Assembly: GCA_963843835.1 (NCBI GenBank) | Contig: CAWJMD010000008.1 | Coordinates: 1,228,706 to 1,292,705 of the forward strand | DNA: 64,000 bases | Direction: 5' to 3' | Source of the DNA: an uncultured Actinomycetota bacterium | Lineage (GTDB): Bacteria; Actinomycetota; Actinomycetes; Actinomycetales; CAWJMD01 | In this document: one piece after another, positions 12,256 to 20,784 of the stretch | Numbering within the stretch: position 1 is the stretch's first letter | How the letters are laid out: every line of letters starts with the position of its first letter | The notes under the pieces: generated by a model | What the model saw: the letters and a program-made list of their open reading frames with translations, nothing else | Database searches by the model: none | What the model was told of the DNA's origin: nothing | Made by a program: the position numbers and the translations under genes

Positions 12256-12922
12256 ATGCGTGTCGTCATCGCCGGTGCCGGGAGCGTCGGTCGGTCCATC
12301 GCCCGTGAGCTGCTGGCCAACGGCCACCAGATCCTGCTGGTCGACAAGGCGCCCGACGCCATGAAGCACGCCTCCGTCCCGGAGGCGGACTGGCTGCTCG
12401 CGGACGCCTGCGAGATCGCCTCCCTCACCGAGGCCGGCCTCGAGTCCGCCGACGTCGTCGTCGCCGCCACCGGCGACGACAAGGCGAACCTGGTGATCTC
12501 GCTGCTGGCCAAGACGGAGTACGGGGTGCCGCGCACCGTCGGCCGCGTGAACAACCCCAAGAACGAGTGGATGTTCGGCGAGGCGTGGGGCGTCGACGTC
12601 GCCGTCTCCACGCCGCGGCTGATGACCGCGCTCGTCGAGGAGGCGGTGTCGATCGGCGACCTCGTGCGGATCTTCACGTTCCAGCAGGGTCAGCGCCAAC
12701 ATGGCCGAGTTCACGCTGCCGGACGACTCCCCGCTCGTCGGCACGCGCGTCGGCACCGTGGAGTGGCCGGTGGACACCGTGCTGGTCGCGATCATGCGCG
12801 AGGAGCGGCCGATCCCACCCAGCGGCGACGACGTGCTCGAGGCACACGACGAGCTGCTGTTCCTCACCGTCCCCGAGGTCGAGGACGAGCTCAGGACGCT
12901 GCTGTCCCCCGACCGGGGCTGA
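12256..12922 (+). pseudogene. trkA: TrkA-family potassium uptake protein (CeoC-like), reading frame broken once as assembled
   Basis: The N-terminal 146 codons are in frame of ORF 12256.. (MRVVIAGAGSVGRSIAREL...FTFQQGQ). The C-terminal 76 codons are in frame of ORF 12701..12922 (ANMAEFTLPDDSPLVGTRVG...). One extra nt near 12694. The joined length of 222 aa is typical. Confidence 0.75.
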
Positions 12923-13666
12923 TGTCGGCGGACGTCGCCGGCTCGGCGCCAGCGTCGTCGCGCTCCGCCTCGTCCGCAGGGTCGACGACCGGCTCGTCGT
13001 GGGGCAGGGGTGGGGGCGCGGCCTTGAGGATGACCCAGCTGAGCCACACGGTGAGCGCGAAGAACGGCACACCCATCACCAGGCGCGCGACGCCGAGTGC
13101 GGCGACCTGGTCGGTGAAGTAGAGCGGCAGCTGCACCAGCAGCCGCAGCCCGAACATGGCAGCCCAGAGCCACGTGACCCGCTGGTAGGCCTTCAGTCGC
13201 GCGGGGTGGTTCCTCCAGCGCAGCCCCTCGCCGGTGAGCAGCCCGATCACGAGGCCGAGGACGGGGTAGGGCCCGGGCCCCACGCGCCTGGACGTGCCGG
13301 GGAGGACGAAGCTCCGGAACGGGATCGTCGACAGCAGGTAGGCCAGGCCGTAGCCGACGTTCGTGAGCAGCCCGGGCACGTAGAAGTTGCGGGCGTCGCC
13401 CGTCCGGTCGGCGAAGAACGGCGCACACCGCGACGCCGATGGCGCCGGCGAGCGCCTGGGACGGCGAGGACCGGGTCACCACGCGCAGCAGGAGGGCGAG
13501 CAGCGCGGCTCCGACGGAGACGACGAGCGCCGGGGTCAGGTCACGGGTCGCGGTGTAGACGATCACGTAGAGCAGGCCGGGCACGAGCGCCTCGATCGAC
13601 CCCGCGGGGCCCACCGACGGCGCGCTGCAGGGAGAAGTCGGCTCGCGCCGGCCTGGGCGAGCCCAC
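12891..13666 (-). pseudogene. DUF3159 family membrane protein, two frame breaks as assembled
   Basis: Three frames read GTG 13666 ...ADFSLQRAVGGP, then GPAGSIEALVPGLLYVIVYT...AIGVAVCA, then FFADRTGDARNFYVPGLLTNVGYGLAYLL... to the stop at 12891. Breaks are at the G4 run 13606-13609 and near 13420. Confidence 0.65.
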
Positions 13667-13723
13667 CGGTACGTCGCGCCTGCGCTGCCTCGCGCAGCTG
13701 TCGCCTGGTGGGCGACGACTCGC

Positions 13724-14115
13724 TCACGTCGTGGGACCGGTCAGCAGCTCGTACTGGGGGTTGTACATCACCTTGCGGCCTTCGGAGCAGGCGCACCAGG
13801 CCTTCGACCCGCATCCACCGACCTGTCTCGACACCGGTGATCTCACGGCGTCCCAGCCACACGAGGGCCACCGACCCGGTGCCGTCGGAGAGCTCCGCCT
13901 CGAGCGCCGGGACCCCGGCGCGGGGACGCAGGGTCACCGCCTGCAGACGCCCCCACCAGCTGCACGCGGCGACGGCCCGACAGCTGGCCGCAGGGGGTCC
14001 CGCCGAGGGCCCGCGAACGGTCGCTCTCCTCGCCCGCCTGCACGCTCGACTGCGAACGCGTCCACCGGGTCAGCACCGACTTCAGCGGAGATCTGGTCGC
14101 CACGTCTTCGTCCAC
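13724..14115 (-). pseudogene. OB-fold nucleic-acid-binding domain protein (Rv2694c-like), two frame breaks as assembled
   Basis: Frames read ...LTRWTRSQSSVQAGEESDRSRALGGTPCGQLSGRRRVQLVG, then RLQAVTLRPRAGVPALEAELSDGTGSVALVWLGRREITGVETGRWMRVEGLV, then CSEGRKVMYNPQYELLTGPTT*. Breaks are at the C5 run 13950-13954 and near 13790. The start (GTG 14115 or 14103) is uncertain. Confidence 0.55.
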
Positions 14116-14168
14116 GGCCCAGGGTACGACGCGGCCGGGCCGGTGGTCCGACGAACCGGGGACCACGC

Positions 14169-15001
14169 TCAACGCCGCTCGGTGATCTCCGGGCCACGTT
14201 CGAACGGCTTGAGGTCGTCGACCGCGCTGTCCCGCCGGTACGGTCTGCCGCGCCCTCGCCCTCGGGCGGGGCACGGCCGCTGCCCCGGCGGGGGCGTGGC
14301 GCTGGCGGGCAGGCGCAGCGGCAGCAGGTCGCGCGGTGGCATCGCCTCGCTGCCGCGCACCACCACCGCCGACCGCAGGACCTCCTCCAAGCGGGGCGGA
14401 CGCGGCCTGGTCGTGCGCGGCGGGGCCGCCGAAGACGCCGCGGAGGAACCAGCGCGGACCGTCGACGCCGACGAAACGGCTGGGCCGGTGCCCGCTCCGT
14501 CCGTCGGGCGTGCGCACCGGGATGCGCGCGATCAGCTCCCGGCCGAAGGGACCGGGGACCTCGTCGGCCGTTCCGCCCTGGCGGGTGACCTGGCGCCGCG
14601 ATCTCGCCGCGGACGTCGTCCCAGACACCGAGGGTGCGGGGGGCGGCGAAGGCCTGCATCTGCAGGCTGGAGCCTCGGCCATGCGCGACCGTCACGGCGA
14701 TGACGCGCTTGGTGCTCTCCTCCACCTCGAGCCGCAGCTCCATGCCCTGCCGGCCGGGCAGCTGGAGCGCCCCGAGGTCGATCCGCTGCTCGTCCGCGTC
14801 CGCCTCGGAGACGTCCAGCGGACCCTGCGCGAAGCGCCGTGCCTCGGCCTCCGAGGTGTCCCGGTCACCCAGGGTCCCGGTCTCGGTCTGCTCCGACCCC
14901 GTCCCGGACTCCTCCTCCTCGGTCGCCTCCGTCGCCACCGCGTCGTCCGGCTGACCGGCCTCCGCGTCGTCCGCCTTGCCCTTGCGTCGGAACAAGCTCA
15001 T
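14169..15001 (-). pseudogene. DUF3710 domain protein, two frame breaks as assembled
   Basis: [12 protein letters not shown]...AAPRTLGVWDDVRGEIAA (frame 1), QVTRQGGTADEVPGPFGRELIARIPVRTPDGRSGHRPSRFVGVDGPRWFLRGVFGGPAAHDQAASAPL (frame 2), EEVLRSAVVVRGSEAMPPRDLLPLRLP...LKPFERGPEITERR* (frame 3). Breaks are near 14593 and 14392. Confidence 0.7.
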
Positions 15002-15535
15002 GACTGCTCCCCTCCTGCGACCGTCGGCCGCTCTGCGCTGTGCTCCGGGCCCGAGGGTCCCTGCGTCCGGGAGGGGCCTGCGAACCCGCCGGTCGAGCCG
15101 TGCCCGCCGTCGCCCCGCTGGGATCCGGGGAGCCGCGCGACCTCCACGAACGCCGCCCGCTCCACCCGCTGGACGACCAGCTGGGCGATCCGGTCACCGC
15201 GGCTGACGACGAACTCGTCCTCCGGATCGGTGTTGAGCAGCGTCACGCGGATCTCGCCGCGGTAGCCGGCGTCGACCGTGCCGGGGGCGTTGACGACGGT
15301 CACGCCGTGACGGGCGGCCAGTCCCGACCGGGGGTGGACGAACGCCGCGTAACCATCCGGCAGCGCGATCGCGGTGCCCGTGCCGACCGTCGCCCGCCCG
15401 CCGGGGGGCAGCACGACGTCGGCAGACGGCCACGAGGTCGGCGCCGGCGTCACCGGGGTGGGCGTAGCCGGGGACGGGCAGGTCGGGGTCGAGCCGCTGC
15501 AGCAGCACCTGGACGTCCAGGTCGGGATGGCTCAC
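14998..15535 (-). pseudogene. dut: dUTP diphosphatase, one frame break as assembled
   Basis: GTG 15535 [38 protein letters not shown] (frame of ORF 15194..15634), then [35 protein letters not shown]...GYRGEI...GGHGSTG (ORF 14998..15453). One extra nt near 15421. ATGA overlap with the DUF3710 start. Confidence 0.8.
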
Positions 15536-15615
15536 GGGCCAGAACTCTAGTCGCCCGCGGGCGCGTCGCACGGGGCCGGGCCGGGTCGCGTCGCTCCCCG
15601 TGACACCCTGGGCCT

Positions 15616-16149
15616 GTGACGACTCCCGCCGCACAGGGACCGGACCGTGCAGACCGGGACGACGCGCCTTCGGCGCAGACCCCGGCGCAGACCCCGGCGC
15701 CGCTCTACTCCGAGCGGCTCTGGCCGTCGTTGGGCTTCTGGCTGGTGGTGCCGCTGGCCGGTGCGGGCGTCGCCCTGTCGCTGTGGCCCGTCGGCGCGGC
15801 CGTCGCGCTCTCGGTCGCGGTCGTCGCGCTGGTGCTGTGCGTGGCCGGTCTGCTCCAGGCCTCTCCGCGGGTGACGGTCTCGGACGGTGAGCTGCGGGCG
15901 GGGCGTGCCCACATCCCGGTCTCCCTGCTCGGCCCGGTCGCGGGCTTCACCGGCGAGGAGGCGCGCCAGGAGCGTGGACCGCGACTCGATGCCCGCGCCT
16001 TCTTGCTGATCCGCGGATGGGTCGACCCGGTGGTGCGGGTCGAGGTGCTGGACCCGCAGGACCCCACCCCCTACTGGCTCGTGTCCACCCGCCACCCTGA
16101 CCGCCTGGCCCAGGTCCTGCACGACGAAGGGACCGCCGCTCCCGGGTGA
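15616..16149 (+). CDS. DUF3093 domain membrane protein (Rv2698-like)
   Basis: 177 aa with two TM segments, then ...VSDGELRAGRAHIPVSLLG...ARAFLLIRGWV...PTPYWLVSTRHP, typical of the family and its position next to dut. Confidence 0.7.
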   Translation: MTTPAAQGPDRADRDDAPSAQTPAQTPAPLYSERLWPSLGFWLVVPLAGAGVALSLWPVGAAVALSVAVVALVLCVAGLLQASPRVTVSDGELRAGRAHIPVSLLGPVAGFTGEEARQERGPRLDARAFLLIRGWVDPVVRVEVLDPQDPTPYWLVSTRHPDRLAQVLHDEGTAAPG

Positions 16150-16200
16150 AGGGGAAGGGCGGTCCCTCGTGTCAGGGCTCCTGTGGGGAGGCAGCCTCGG

Positions 16201-16500
16201 TCAGGCGGCGCACTCCTTGCAGATCGGCTGGCCGTTCTTGGTGCTGGCGAGCTGGCTGCGGTGGTGCACCAGGAAACAGCTGGTGCAGGTGAACTCGTCC
16301 TCCTGCCGGGGCAGGACCCGCACCGACAGCTCCTCGTTGGAGAGGTCGGCACCGGGCAGCTCGAAGCCTTCAGCGGCCTCGGTCTCGTCCTCGTCGACCT
16401 TGCCCGAGTTCTTGTCGGCGCGGCGTGCCTTGAGCTCCTCGATCGAGTCCTCGTTGAGCTCGTCGTCGGTCTTGCGCGGCGCGTCGTAGTCGGTCGCCAT
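16201..16500 (-). CDS. DUF4193 domain protein (Rv2699c-like)
   Basis: Internal ATG 16500 of listed ORF 16201..16836. MATDYDAPRKTDDELNEDSIEELKARR...DEFTCTSCFLVHHRSQLA...QPICKECAA, 99 aa. Confidence 0.8.
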   Translation of the reverse strand: MATDYDAPRKTDDELNEDSIEELKARRADKNSGKVDEDETEAAEGFELPGADLSNEELSVRVLPRQEDEFTCTSCFLVHHRSQLASTKNGQPICKECAA

Positions 16501-16941
16501 GGGGGTGGTCACGCTCCGGGTCTCGCGGGTGAACTGGTGGGTCGGGTGCGGCTGGTCGTTGGGTGGCGCGACTGGACAACGTCGCAGCACGCGGTTTTGT
16601 GCCCGCTGCCGGGGGATTGTGCACCACTGCGGGCACCGGCGCGTCATCGGCTCGCCACCTGGTCCTCCTGGTCCGCCCAGGGCGTCCGCTCTGCCTGGTT
16701 CGACCGTGTCCGATCTCACGTCCGCCGGCGGGGGACCCGAGGCGTCGTCGCAGGTCAGGGGCGCGACGGGGCGTGACGAGCCACCCCTTTCGGCCCAATC
16801 ACGCACTCCCGCCGCACCCGCGACCTGGGAGTTCACGGAGGGCCGCGTTAGGGTCCTGGGTGTCGACGGTCAGCCCCCGGGCTGATGGCACGCCCACACG
16901 GGGACCGCGGTGCTCGCCGCCGCCAGACGGAGGTGACCCTC

Positions 16942-17223
16942 ATGAACGAGTTCGCGAACGAGATGACCGAACGGGTGGCACAGGCCAGCACGTCGCTCGC
17001 CGAGGCACAGCGCACGGGAGACGACTACCTGGTCGAGGTGCGGCTCGGCGAGCTCGAGTCCCTCGCACGGGTGGCTCAGGACCACGGGCTGGAGCTCCCC
17101 ACGGTGATCGAGACCCTCCAGCGGTACGGCCGGATCGAGGACCACGAGCTTCCCGCCGCGGCAGCGGCCACCGGCCCGATCCAGATCGACCTCACCGAGG
17201 ACCAGCAGACGCGCCGCCACTGA
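16942..17223 (+). CDS. Hypothetical small acidic protein
   Basis: In frame with ORF 16885..17223. ATG 16942 is preceded by GGAGG (16929-16933). MNEFANEMTERVAQASTSLAEAQRTGDDYLVEVRLGELESLARV... No family recognised. Confidence 0.4.
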   Translation: MNEFANEMTERVAQASTSLAEAQRTGDDYLVEVRLGELESLARVAQDHGLELPTVIETLQRYGRIEDHELPAAAAATGPIQIDLTEDQQTRRH

Positions 17224-17238
17224 CCGCGCGAGATCCTG

Positions 17239-17261
17239 GGGCCCGGGCGGTGCCCGGGCCC
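17239..17261. terminator. GC hairpin between convergent genes
   Basis: GGGCCCGGGC-GGT-GCCCGGGCCC, located between the stop at 17223 and the stop at 17307. Confidence 0.4.
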
Positions 17262-17306
17262 TCGCCGTGCCCGCCGGTCAGGTGGCGTGGATGGGCCCGT
17301 GGCTCG

Positions 17307-18149
17307 TCAGGCGTCGTCGTCGCGCGCGGCGCCCAGCACCGAGAGCTCCTCCACGAGGCGGGCGTGCAGGCCGGGACGGGCTGCGACGACGAGCTCCTCG
17401 CTCGGAGCCACCCCGCCGGGTCCCGTCACCCGCGCTCCGGACTCCGAGGCGATGAGGGCACCGGCCGCGTGGTCCCACGGCTGGAGGCCCCGCTCGTAGT
17501 AGCCGTCGAGCCGACCGGTGGCCAGGGCACAGAGGTCCAGGGCCGCCGAGCCGATCCTGCGGATGTCACGGACCTTGGGCAGCAGGGACGCGAGGACGCG
17601 TGACTGCGATCGGCGTCGGGGCACGGTGTAGCCGAAACCCGTTCCGAGCAGGGCCCTCTCGAGCGGTACGTCCGCCGGTCCAGGCAGCGTCACCCCGTCG
17701 AGGTGGGCGCCGCCCCCGAGCGTGGCCGTCCACATCTCACCGGTGGCCGGGTTGAAGACGCACCCCGCCAGGACGGTCCACGACCGCGGGCTGGGCTGCC
17801 CCTCCACCACGGCGACGCTGACCGCGTAGGCGGGGATGTCGTACAGGTAGTTCACGGTCCCGTCGATCGGGTCGACCACCCACGTCAGGCCACTGGTCCC
17901 GGACCTCAGGCCGCCCTCCTCCCCCAGCATGCCGTCGTCGGGGCGGGCCTCCAGCAACCGCTCCAGCAGCAGCGCCTCCGCGGCGGTGTCCATGGCCGTG
18001 ACGACGTCGACCGGACTCGTCTTGGTCGCGGTGACCCGCAGGTCGTCGGGTCGCTCGTCGTGGATGAGCCGCCCCGCGGCCCGGGCCGCGCCCTCGGCCA
18101 CCTCCAGCAGCGCCGCCAGGTCGTGCTTCGCCGGGACGGGGTCGTTCAC
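17307..18149 (-). CDS. suhB: Inositol monophosphatase family protein (SuhB/ImpA-like)
   Basis: Start GTG 18149 inside listed ORF 17307..18575. Motifs GEEGG, WVVDPIDGTVNY and GSAALDLC. GTGA overlap with the ferrochelatase stop. Confidence 0.75.
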   Translation of the reverse strand: MNDPVPAKHDLAALLEVAEGAARAAGRLIHDERPDDLRVTATKTSPVDVVTAMDTAAEALLLERLLEARPDDGMLGEEGGLRSGTSGLTWVVDPIDGTVNYLYDIPAYAVSVAVVEGQPSPRSWTVLAGCVFNPATGEMWTATLGGGAHLDGVTLPGPADVPLERALLGTGFGYTVPRRRSQSRVLASLLPKVRDIRRIGSAALDLCALATGRLDGYYERGLQPWDHAAGALIASESGARVTGPGGVAPSEELVVAARPGLHARLVEELSVLGAARDDDA

Positions 18150-19321
18150 GACGTCACCGTCAGGACGGGCGGGCTCCAGTCCGCGCCGCACGCCGCCGGT
18201 CGACCGGCCTGCCGCCCAGGGCAGCAGCCGACGGCGCAGATCTCGTGTCCGGCCTCCAGCGATCCGACGGTGGCGCGGTCGGGACCGCCGTCCGGGAACG
18301 CCTCCCCGCCGACGCGTGCGGTGCCCCGCCGGGCGACGTCGGCCCGCTCCAGCACGAGGTCGACCAGCTGCGTCACGAACGAGGCCGCGGTCCCGGCGGT
18401 GGGAACACGCTCGAAGGCCAGCCCCAGCCGTTCGGCGGTCGCCGCGGCCTCGGTGTCGAGGTCGTACACCACCTCCATGTGGTCGCTGACGAAACCGATC
18501 GGGGCCAGCACCACGGACTGCACCCCCCGCTGGGAGAGCTGCTCGAGGTGGTCGTTCACGTCCGGCTCGGTCCATGGCTGGGACGGAGGACCCGAGCGGG
18601 AGCAGAAGACCAGGTCCCAGGGCAGCGGTTCCGTGCCAAGAGCCTGCGCGACCCCGGCGGCGACGGTCGCCGCCACATCCCGGTGCTGCGTGACGTAGGC
18701 GTCGCCCCGCGGACCCGACCCCCGTGTCATCGACTCGGGGATCGAGTGGGTGACGAACACCAGGCGCGGCTCGGCGTGACCCGACCCACGCAGTCGCCGG
18801 ACGCCCGCGGCCACGGCGTCGACGTTGGCCTGCACGAAGCCCGGGGCGTTGAAGTAGCGACGCACCTGGTCGACCTCGAGGTGGCGTCCCTCACCGGCGA
18901 GCGTCACCAGGGCCTCCCCCAGGTCCTCCCGGTACTGGCGGCAGCCGGAGTAGGACGAGTACGCGCTGGTCGTCAGGGACAGCACCCGCCGGTGACCTCG
19001 GTCGTGTGCCTCCCGCAGGACGTCGGCGAGGTAGGGGTCCCAGTTGCGGTTGCCCCACAGGACCGGCAGGTCCAGGCCGCGCCGGCGCAGCTCGTCCTCG
19101 AGGGCCTGCCGGAGCGCACGGTTCTGGTCGTTGATCGGGCTGCGTCCCCCGAACAGCTCGTAGTGGGCTCCGACCTCGACCAGCCGCTCGTCGGGGATCC
19201 CTCGTCCGCGGGTCACGTTCTGGAGGAAGGGCAGGACGTCGTCAGGTCCCTCCGGGCCGCCGAAGGACAGCAGCAGGAGGGCGTCGTAGGGTGCGCTGGT
19301 GGGGGTCGACGCGAGGGTCAT
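18146..19321 (-). CDS. hemH: Ferrochelatase (actinobacterial type with C-terminal Cys cluster)
   Basis: ATG 19321 inside listed ORF 18146..20554. MTLASTPTSAPYDALLLLSFGGPEGPDDVLPFL... The C-terminal EICAVGCCPGRQAGRPAACG resembles the 2Fe-2S-binding tail known for mycobacterial ferrochelatase. Confidence 0.85.
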   Translation of the reverse strand: MTLASTPTSAPYDALLLLSFGGPEGPDDVLPFLQNVTRGRGIPDERLVEVGAHYELFGGRSPINDQNRALRQALEDELRRRGLDLPVLWGNRNWDPYLADVLREAHDRGHRRVLSLTTSAYSSYSGCRQYREDLGEALVTLAGEGRHLEVDQVRRYFNAPGFVQANVDAVAAGVRRLRGSGHAEPRLVFVTHSIPESMTRGSGPRGDAYVTQHRDVAATVAAGVAQALGTEPLPWDLVFCSRSGPPSQPWTEPDVNDHLEQLSQRGVQSVVLAPIGFVSDHMEVVYDLDTEAAATAERLGLAFERVPTAGTAASFVTQLVDLVLERADVARRGTARVGGEAFPDGGPDRATVGSLEAGHEICAVGCCPGRQAGRPAACGADWSPPVLTVTS

Positions 19322-19375
19322 GCGCCCATCGTCCCAAGGTGCGTCCGACCCCGCAGCATCGGGAGGCTGACCGGG

Positions 19376-20680
19376 ATGACCCGACGCCGGCGGTGGCGCA
19401 GCTGGGCCGGCACGGTGGACGCCTCCCCCCAGCACCTCCTGGCTCCCGGCCGCGTCGAGGACGTCCAGCGCGCCGTGGCCGCGGCGGCGGCCCGCGGCGG
19501 GACCGTGCGAGCGGCCGGGTCCGGGCACTCCTTCAGCCCCCTCGTCGGCTGCGACGACGTGATCGTGCTGCCCGGGGGTCCGGACGAGGACATCGAGGTC
19601 GACCCCGCGACGGGTGTCGTGTCCGTCTCCGCTGGCACCGGGCTGCGCCGCCTCGGCACCGAGCTGCTGGGCCGGGGCCGGGCGCTGCCCGTGGTGGGCG
19701 ACATCGACGCGCAGACCGTCGCCGGTGCCACCCAGACGGGGACGCACGGCACGGCGCGCGACGTCCCGGCTGCGATGACGTCCTCGGTGGTGGGCCTCGA
19801 GCTGGTGCTGGCGGACGGGAGCCTGGCACGCGTCGACGCCGACGACGACCCGGACCTCCTTGCGGCGGCCCGGCTCGGCCTCGGCGCCTTCGGCGTCGTG
19901 ACCCGCGTCCGGCTGTCGACCGTCCCCGCGTTCCAGCTGGTCACCCAGGACCGTCCGGGCCGCCTCGAGGCGACGCTGGAGGGGTTGGACGCGTTCGCCG
20001 CGAGCAGCGACCACCCGGAGCTCTTCTGGTTCCCCGGCACCGACGGGGTGCAGCTCAAGACCCGGGACCGCACGCAGGCACCGGTACCGGCCCGGTGGAG
20101 GCACGCGATGGCCCGGACGAGACGGGACGTGGTCGAGAACGGCGGCCTCGCCCTGGTCGGTGCGGCGCAGCGAGCGGCTCCGAGGAGCCGCCGTGCGAGC
20201 AACGGCCTGGCCGTGCGGCTGAGCGGCAGCAGCCCGCGTGTCGACCACTCGCACAGTGCGTTCACGGCGCACCGACGTGTGCGCTTCGTCGAGATGGAGT
20301 TCGCGATGCCCCGCAGCACGGCCGCCGCGGTGCTGCGCGAGCTGCGGCGGCTGGCGACCCGCCACGAGGTCGGCTTCCCCGTCGAGGTGCGGTTCGGTCC
20401 CGCCGACGGCGTCTGGCTCTCCCCCGCGGGCGACCGTGACAGCGTCTACGTCAGCGTGCACAGCTTCCTGCGCGTCGAGTACGAGCGGTGGTTCGCCGAC
20501 TGCGAGGACCTGTTCGTGGCCTACGACGGCCGTCCCCACTGGGGGAAGCTCCACTCACGGACCGCCGCCGACCTGTCGACCGGCCTACGTCACTGGGACG
20601 ACGTCCGCGCCGTGAGGGACCGCGTCGACCCTGACCGCCTCTTCAGCACGCCGTACCTGCGCGGTCTGCTCGGCGACTGA
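19376..20680 (+). CDS. FAD-binding oxidoreductase, D-arabinono-1,4-lactone / L-gulonolactone oxidase family
   Basis: ATG 19376 (SD GGGAGG 19361-19366) in frame with ORF 18245..20680. FAD-binding-4-type N-terminus (VRAAGSGHSFSPL) and ALO-type C-terminus (GRPHWGKLH). Confidence 0.75.
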   Translation: MTRRRRWRSWAGTVDASPQHLLAPGRVEDVQRAVAAAAARGGTVRAAGSGHSFSPLVGCDDVIVLPGGPDEDIEVDPATGVVSVSAGTGLRRLGTELLGRGRALPVVGDIDAQTVAGATQTGTHGTARDVPAAMTSSVVGLELVLADGSLARVDADDDPDLLAAARLGLGAFGVVTRVRLSTVPAFQLVTQDRPGRLEATLEGLDAFAASSDHPELFWFPGTDGVQLKTRDRTQAPVPARWRHAMARTRRDVVENGGLALVGAAQRAAPRSRRASNGLAVRLSGSSPRVDHSHSAFTAHRRVRFVEMEFAMPRSTAAAVLRELRRLATRHEVGFPVEVRFGPADGVWLSPAGDRDSVYVSVHSFLRVEYERWFADCEDLFVAYDGRPHWGKLHSRTAADLSTGLRHWDDVRAVRDRVDPDRLFSTPYLRGLLGD

Positions 20681-20784
20681 CCCGGGCGGCACGCGGCACG
20701 GCTCCCGGGGATACGGCGCCCCCCGGCCTACAGTGACGGTGCACGGATCGGTGCAGGGATCGGGAGTGCCAGACGAGGGAGACC

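Noticed and set aside
12691-15425. Programmed ribosomal frameshifting or transcriptional slippage as an explanation for the frame breaks
   Set aside because: There are no shared slippery heptamers or downstream structures. The breaks have both signs, occur in unrelated genes, and affect families that are single ORFs elsewhere. Indel error, or less likely mutation, fits better.
18146-20554. 802-aa ORF as a giant ferrochelatase fusion; likewise 804-aa ORF 48711..51125 for pyrG and 422-aa ORF 17307..18575 for suhB
   Set aside because: The N-terminal extensions are antisense or overlapping text of neighbouring real genes (the FAD oxidase, the glycosyltransferase, hemH). Family-typical N-termini with plausible starts lie at 19321, 50483 and 18149.
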